Source: an uncultured Thermoplasmata archaeon (GTDB taxonomy: Archaea; Thermoplasmatota; DTKX01; GCA-020343715). Taken from it: a stretch of DNA of 64,000 nucleotides. Positions within the stretch are counted from its first letter, which is position 1, and each line of letters opens with the position of its first letter. Location: NCBI GenBank assembly GCA_964353355.1, contig CAYGVT010000017.1:24567-88566 (forward strand), in the 5' to 3' direction. Made by a program: the position numbers and the translations under genes. The notes beneath the pieces are model-generated. The model did no database searches. It was not told where the DNA came from and saw only the letters and a list, made by a program, of their open reading frames with translations. Shown piece after piece: positions 54,705-64,000 of this stretch.

Positions 54705-55688
54705 ATGCGGACCCGTGCGCCCCTGGCGGTCATCCTTGCCCTCGCGCTGGCGATGCCCATGGCGGGCTGCCTCGTCGAGGAGGAGCAGCCCGACCGAGAC
54801 GGGCCGCCGCCCGTGCACGAGGGCACGACCGAGGGGCTGCGGCTGCCCGACGTGGCCTTCACCAACCACACCGGCCAGGCGAGGACCCTCAGGGCCATCG
54901 AGGCCGACATCACCATCCTGCACGTGGACTCGCCGTACAACTGGAGCTTCATGCCGCAGTACACCCAGCTCAAGTGGGTGCGTCGCGCGCTCCCCGGCAC
55001 GACCGTCGCAGCGGTCACGCTCTCGGTCGACTCGCGCTCGACGGTCGCGTCGATGGCAGCGATGCGCGCCGAGGCGGGCGCGGACTGGGACCTCGGCGTG
55101 CCCCAGGGGGACCTGAACTACACGCTCTCGCTGCGGCTGTTCCCGACGGTGTTCGTCCTGGACCGCGACAGAGTCGTGCTCGAGAGGTCCGATGAGCCGC
55201 TCGGCGAGGGGCGAATCCTCAAGACCATCCGCGCCAGGCTGGGGCTGCCACCCCCCGCCACAGAGGGCCCCGTGGTCGGCGGGCGCGCGCCCGACCTGGT
55301 CTTCAGGGACATCGACGGGCAGGAGGGTTCGGTGTCGGGCCTTCGCGGGAGGGTCGTGCTCATCGACGTGTGGCAGATCCAGTGCCCTTGGTGCATCGAG
55401 CAGTTCGTGGTCCTCCGGGACCTCCAGGCCAACTACTCGGCGCGGGGGCTTGCCATCCTCTCCCCGGACGTGGTCTACTGGGAGACGGACGAGGAGGTCC
55501 GCACCGTGGCCGCGGCCAACAACGCGACTTGGACCCTCCTGGTGGACGGCGACAACGTCCAGTCGCGCTTCCAGGTGCTCCGGGTGCCCACCCTCTTCCT
55601 CGTCGACCGCGAGGGCGTCGTCAGGTGGACCCACGAGGGCTACGCGCCCCTCTCGACCCTTGCCCAAGAGGTCGAAAAGTTGATATAG
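54705..55688 (+). CDS. thioredoxin-like (TlpA/redoxin) lipoprotein with two thioredoxin-fold domains
   Basis: Signal peptide plus lipobox LALAMPMAGC. Second domain has CPWC active site (VLIDVWQIQCPWCIEQ). First domain redoxin-like without CxxC. Confidence 0.75.
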   Translation: MRTRAPLAVILALALAMPMAGCLVEEEQPDRDGPPPVHEGTTEGLRLPDVAFTNHTGQARTLRAIEADITILHVDSPYNWSFMPQYTQLKWVRRALPGTTVAAVTLSVDSRSTVASMAAMRAEAGADWDLGVPQGDLNYTLSLRLFPTVFVLDRDRVVLERSDEPLGEGRILKTIRARLGLPPPATEGPVVGGRAPDLVFRDIDGQEGSVSGLRGRVVLIDVWQIQCPWCIEQFVVLRDLQANYSARGLAILSPDVVYWETDEEVRTVAAANNATWTLLVDGDNVQSRFQVLRVPTLFLVDREGVVRWTHEGYAPLSTLAQEVEKLI

Positions 55689-55715
55689 GGCAGGGCGCAT
55701 CACGCCGGACGCAAA

Positions 55716-55848
55716 GGAGTGGTATGACGGTCATAGCTGCGGGGTTCACCCGGTCCCATTCCGAACCCGGTAGTTAAGCCCGCATACGTTCCTGCCTGTA
55801 CTGAGGTGCTCGCGCCCTCGGGAACACAGGAAAGCTGTCAACCACTCC
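55716..55848 (+). rRNA. rrf: 5S ribosomal RNA
   Basis: GGUCCCAUUCCGAACCCGGUAGUUAAGCCCGC core matches the universal 5S loop B/helix III consensus. Termini GGAGUGGU...ACCACUCC form helix I. No 16S/23S within +/-8 kb. Confidence 0.7.
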
Positions 55849-55948
55849 GCGCACCTCTTCTCCCTGGACGACCCCTCCAGCGCCGGCCATCATGGCCATG
55901 CGTGGGGACGGTGGACACCCCGACGGCACGGGACGGCCTTGGTGCGCC

Positions 55949-56437
55949 TCACGCGTCCGGGGCATCCTCCGGGCAGGCGCGCGCCGCGCGCAGCACTTCC
56001 AAGGTGGCGCGCACGGAGAGCAGGAACTCGCGCGCGGTGTCGACGTCGAGCACCGGCACCCAGCAGATGCGCGCGTCGCCCTCGGGCGCAGCCGCCTGGA
56101 TGCGCTGCGACATCGCGGCCGACACGTCCCTGTGGCCAAGGAGGGGCTTGAGGTTCCGATCCTGGACGATCAGCGCGCCCAGCACGCCCTTCTCGCTCGG
56201 CACGAGGAAGGCCACGTCCGCATCGCCGCAAGAGTAGAGCCAGGACCATCGCCAGCCCCTGTCGGACCAGGCGACCGCCTCGCGCACGCGCGGCATGGTG
56301 CGCAACCCGTCCTGCAGCGCGGCCCATACCTGGCGATGGGGGACCGGCAGCCGCCTTCGTGGCGAGTCGGGGGCGGGCTCCTCATCCTCGGCGGTGTACG
56401 GGTTCGCCGCCAAGTAGTCGTCCGGCATCTCTGGCAT
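55949..56437 (-). CDS. hypothetical protein
   Basis: 162-aa ORF with GC3 bias, acidic N-terminus, no recognisable motif. Confidence 0.45.
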   Translation of the reverse strand: MPEMPDDYLAANPYTAEDEEPAPDSPRRRLPVPHRQVWAALQDGLRTMPRVREAVAWSDRGWRWSWLYSCGDADVAFLVPSEKGVLGALIVQDRNLKPLLGHRDVSAAMSQRIQAAAPEGDARICWVPVLDVDTAREFLLSVRATLEVLRAARACPEDAPDA

Positions 56438-56458
56438 CCGACGTCCTCCGGCCGGGGC

Positions 56459-56698
56459 TCAGTGGCCCCAGCTCAGGCGGTCGAGCTTCCGGTCCTCCCT
56501 CGTGGCCTTCTTGTACTCCTTGTAGTGCTCCTTGCACAGCCGGACCCTGCGGGGGTCCTTGCCCTTGAACTCGAGGCTGGGCACCGCGCCGTGGACCGCC
56601 TCGGCGCTGATGCTGCGCTTGACCGGCAGATTGCACCCTCTGACGGAGCACTTCTCCGGGTCGTCCGCCTCGGCCTTCTTACGGAAAAGCTCGACCAT
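56459..56698 (-). CDS. small basic Cys-containing hypothetical protein
   Basis: 79 aa. CSVRGCN...CKEH. TATA-like CCTATTTATC on the minus strand ~30 nt upstream. Confidence 0.5.
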   Translation of the reverse strand: MVELFRKKAEADDPEKCSVRGCNLPVKRSISAEAVHGAVPSLEFKGKDPRRVRLCKEHYKEYKKATREDRKLDRLSWGH

Positions 56699-56825
56699 AA
56701 GGTTCCCTGGGCGGTTCGTATCGTGAGGGGTCGATAAATAGGTTTTCCCGCCTCAGGGACTTGGCAGGCCTGAAAGGGATGCCTGCCCGTCACTGGTACA
56801 TGGTGGGAGCTGCCTGGGATGCCCG

Positions 56826-58160
56826 TCAGAGGCCGCCCCGCAAGAACGCGAGGTCGGTGCCCAGCGAGGCCGCGTGGACGACGAGGACCGCCACGACTGC
56901 GTAGGTGAGCAGCCGGTGGAGCCGCCGGTTGGGCAGCCCCAGCACCTTGCCGTCCAGGAGCGCGGGCCTGGCACCCGTGACCGTCAGCAGCGCGATGGAC
57001 GCGAGCAGGGCCGAGCCCGTCGCGATGCCCCCGAGGGTCTCACCGTAGGGACCGAGCCACAGCATCGTCCAGTGAGTGACGAGGACGGGGACCGTGAGGT
57101 AGGATGAGGTGCAGTGGAGGCGCCCCCGCCTGGGCAGCCCCCTGACATGGCCGCTCGCGAGGATGGAGGTCACAAGCAGGGCGGCGGAGACGAACCCCAG
57201 GTAGCGCCCGCTCGCGAGCGCGTCCTCCCAGCCAGACGCGCTGCCGCCGTCCCTCCGCGCGCCGTAGACGAGCTCGTCGCCGACCACGATGGGCACCCTC
57301 TCGTCGAACTCGAACGCCTCGGCCTCCTCTTCACCGCTAGAGTGGGTGTGCTCGCAGGTGCCCGACACCAGGACCGCGACGCCGTTGGGCCCCCTCTGCG
57401 AGGCCAGCATCGTGAACTCCATGGCGACCGAGCCGCCCTGCTCCAGGTCGGGCCCCACGAGCATGGCCGTTCCCGCGCCGTAGGCCACATCGAGCGACAG
57501 CGTGAAGGTCGCGCGCCGCACCCCCCGGGTGTGGTCCACGACGACCTGGTAGTCGCCGATGCCGCCCGTGGCGATGGCCCCGGCGTCGAGCTCGAGGGTC
57601 TTGTCCGTCCCCGCGCCCGGGGCCGACCAGGTGCCTCCGTCCGGGCCGGTGACGGTCAGGCCGAGCTCGTCCACGAGACCGCCGCTCCCGTCGAGGACGA
57701 ACCGCGCCTCCTGGGCCCCGGCCTGGACGGCCAGCGTGAACGTGGCGGAGCCGCGGAGGCCGAGCGTGCCCTGCTCCTCGCGCTGCTGGACCTGGGGGCC
57801 GCTGGTCTCGACCGACATCCCGGCGGGGTCGTCGACCGTGAGCACCGCGGTGGGCGCGACGACGGTGTGCGTCCCCGGGTTCGTGACGGTGACCCGCAGG
57901 GCGAACTCCTCGTCGACGGGGGCCTCAGTGGGAGCCTCCACGGAGTAGGTGAAGGGGACGAAGCCCTCGTGGCACTCGACGCACTGGACGCGTGCCGGGG
58001 GGTCGTCGGGGGGCGAGGCGGATAGGACCGTGAGGCCGAGGAGCGCGACGGCGAGCAGGACGGCGAGGAGGGCGATGGACCCGCGGGGGGCACGGCCTGG
58101 CAATGCCCTGCGGTCGACCATGGATGCCTCGTTTCCAGTCTGGTGCATTCCAGGGGCCAT
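56826..58160 (-). CDS. membrane protein with N-terminal signal anchor, CxxCH heme-binding motif, extracellular beta-rich domain and C-terminal His-containing 4-TM bundle
   Basis: ...LLAVLLAVALLGLTVLSASPPDDPPARVQCVECHEG. C-terminal helices with conserved His (LASGHVRGL, VLVTHWTMLW, LVVHAASL). Confidence 0.65.
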   Translation of the reverse strand: MAPGMHQTGNEASMVDRRALPGRAPRGSIALLAVLLAVALLGLTVLSASPPDDPPARVQCVECHEGFVPFTYSVEAPTEAPVDEEFALRVTVTNPGTHTVVAPTAVLTVDDPAGMSVETSGPQVQQREEQGTLGLRGSATFTLAVQAGAQEARFVLDGSGGLVDELGLTVTGPDGGTWSAPGAGTDKTLELDAGAIATGGIGDYQVVVDHTRGVRRATFTLSLDVAYGAGTAMLVGPDLEQGGSVAMEFTMLASQRGPNGVAVLVSGTCEHTHSSGEEEAEAFEFDERVPIVVGDELVYGARRDGGSASGWEDALASGRYLGFVSAALLVTSILASGHVRGLPRRGRLHCTSSYLTVPVLVTHWTMLWLGPYGETLGGIATGSALLASIALLTVTGARPALLDGKVLGLPNRRLHRLLTYAVVAVLVVHAASLGTDLAFLRGGL

Positions 58161-58232
58161 TCCCCCGAGGCATAAAAACGTTTTGCGCGAATCGGGGGGC
58201 GCGTCACCTTGGATGATGGCGCTATGTCGGGC

Positions 58233-59054
58233 CTACTTCGCACCCAGGCTCGTGGGGTGCAGCGTCTCGTAGATCTCCGTCCCGCTCGTGATGAGCGCGT
58301 CGACGAGCGGGATGGCCTTCTCCTTCTGCTTGCGCTGGAAGTGCGTCTCGACGCGGCCGAGCTTCTTGCGCAGGTCGTTCGCGACGGGCGCGAACTTGCC
58401 CACCTCCGGCAGCGCGCCCACGATGAGCTCGGCGAGCAGCTTGCGCTCGTCGATGCGGTCGTGGTTGCGGTACCGCAGGTTGTTGTAGAACGTCCAGAGC
58501 TCGTCGCTATCCACCGGGCGGCGCTTGTCCGCCATCGCCGCCAGGTCGCGCCCCGCGCCGTTGGCCGTGGCCATCGCGCGGTCCCAGTTGAATCGGGTGA
58601 CGGGGAACGAGTCGAGCGGGCGCCACCGGAGCTTCTCGAACAGCAGGTACAGGGGCTTGAGGGCCTCGACGAGCCCGTTGCCCGACCCGCCTGCCACCGC
58701 GATGGCCAGCGCGGGCATGCCGGCGGTCCTCCCCTTGCCCAGCTCGACCCTCAGCTTGCGGGCCAGGACCGCGCGCGTGCACGAGGTGATGTCCGACCAG
58801 TAGACCGGCGAGCCGATGACGACGGCGTCGGACGCGTCGAGCATCTCCGCGACCTTCGGGAAGTCGTCCGCGGGCCCACCGTCGTCGCCGGGGGCCGCCA
58901 TCCTGGTGCAGTCCTGGCAGCCCCCGAGGTCGAAGTCCGCGAGCTGGACCAGCTCGACCTCGGCGCCCTGCTCCTCCGCCCCCAGCAGCGCCTCCCTCAC
59001 GATGGCGGCCGTACGTCCATCACGGTGAGGGCTCCCCACGAACCCGCGGATCAT
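58233..59054 (-). CDS. NADPH-dependent FMN reductase-like / iron-sulfur flavoprotein family
   Basis: MIRGFVGSPHRDGRTAAIVREALLGAEEQGAEVELVQLADF...DAVVIGSPVYWSDITS. The upstream 130-aa extension of ORF 58233-59444 is low complexity and rejected. Confidence 0.7.
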   Translation of the reverse strand: MIRGFVGSPHRDGRTAAIVREALLGAEEQGAEVELVQLADFDLGGCQDCTRMAAPGDDGGPADDFPKVAEMLDASDAVVIGSPVYWSDITSCTRAVLARKLRVELGKGRTAGMPALAIAVAGGSGNGLVEALKPLYLLFEKLRWRPLDSFPVTRFNWDRAMATANGAGRDLAAMADKRRPVDSDELWTFYNNLRYRNHDRIDERKLLAELIVGALPEVGKFAPVANDLRKKLGRVETHFQRKQKEKAIPLVDALITSGTEIYETLHPTSLGAK

Positions 59055-59196
59055 GGTCGATGCGATGGGGCTCGGGCGTATATAAGCTACCCGCATCCAC
59101 CCAAGCTGCATCCGGAGGCTCCCTGGCCACATTCGCCCACCCCTGGGGAGCAACCTTGATATATGGCACCCCACTACCTCAAGCAGGCGGACGGCA

Positions 59197-61299
<2,103 letters not shown>

Positions 61300-61300
61300 C

Positions 61301-64000
<2,700 letters not shown>

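Overview
This is a high-GC (about 68%) archaeal chromosomal window. Archaeal hallmarks are the r-proteins S19e/L39e/L31e, aIF6, TiaS, PdaD, DUF373 and a stand-alone 5S rRNA; bacterial-type UvrB/UvrA sit at the 3' end. Left third (1813-12465): a tightly packed 5-gene operon encoding a Ubl-vWA protein, a 1250-aa fusion of a helical domain, a GCS2/YbdK-type carboxylate-amine ligase and a double zinc ribbon, an 8-Cys zinc-finger helical protein, an amidohydrolase-2 TIM-barrel hydrolase, and a second vWA protein. I read this as a candidate undescribed ligase/hydrolase-based conjugation or modification system. Middle (12.5-37 kb): a surface-protein island. It holds three giant paralogous secreted proteins sharing an N-terminal module (SBBP beta-propeller plus FN3 arrays, or cadherin-like domains), two receptor-like single-pass membrane proteins sharing a cytoplasmic roadblock/LC7-like domain, zinc-ribbon repeat proteins, an ABC-2 exporter and a gingipain-like C25 peptidase. 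Right third: housekeeping genes. These are EamA and MFS transporters, TrmI, DUF373, the conserved S19e-PDCD5-L39e-L31e-aIF6 cluster, two MBL-fold hydrolases, PdaD, an XPD-like helicase, TiaS, flavodoxin, a MenA-like prenyltransferase, a thioredoxin-like lipoprotein, 5S rRNA, a CxxCH membrane protein, an FMN-reductase-like flavoprotein, UvrB and partial UvrA. No CRISPR array, transposase/integrase or tRNA could be recognised by eye. All calls come from reading the sequence and ORF translations against remembered family motifs; no database search was run.
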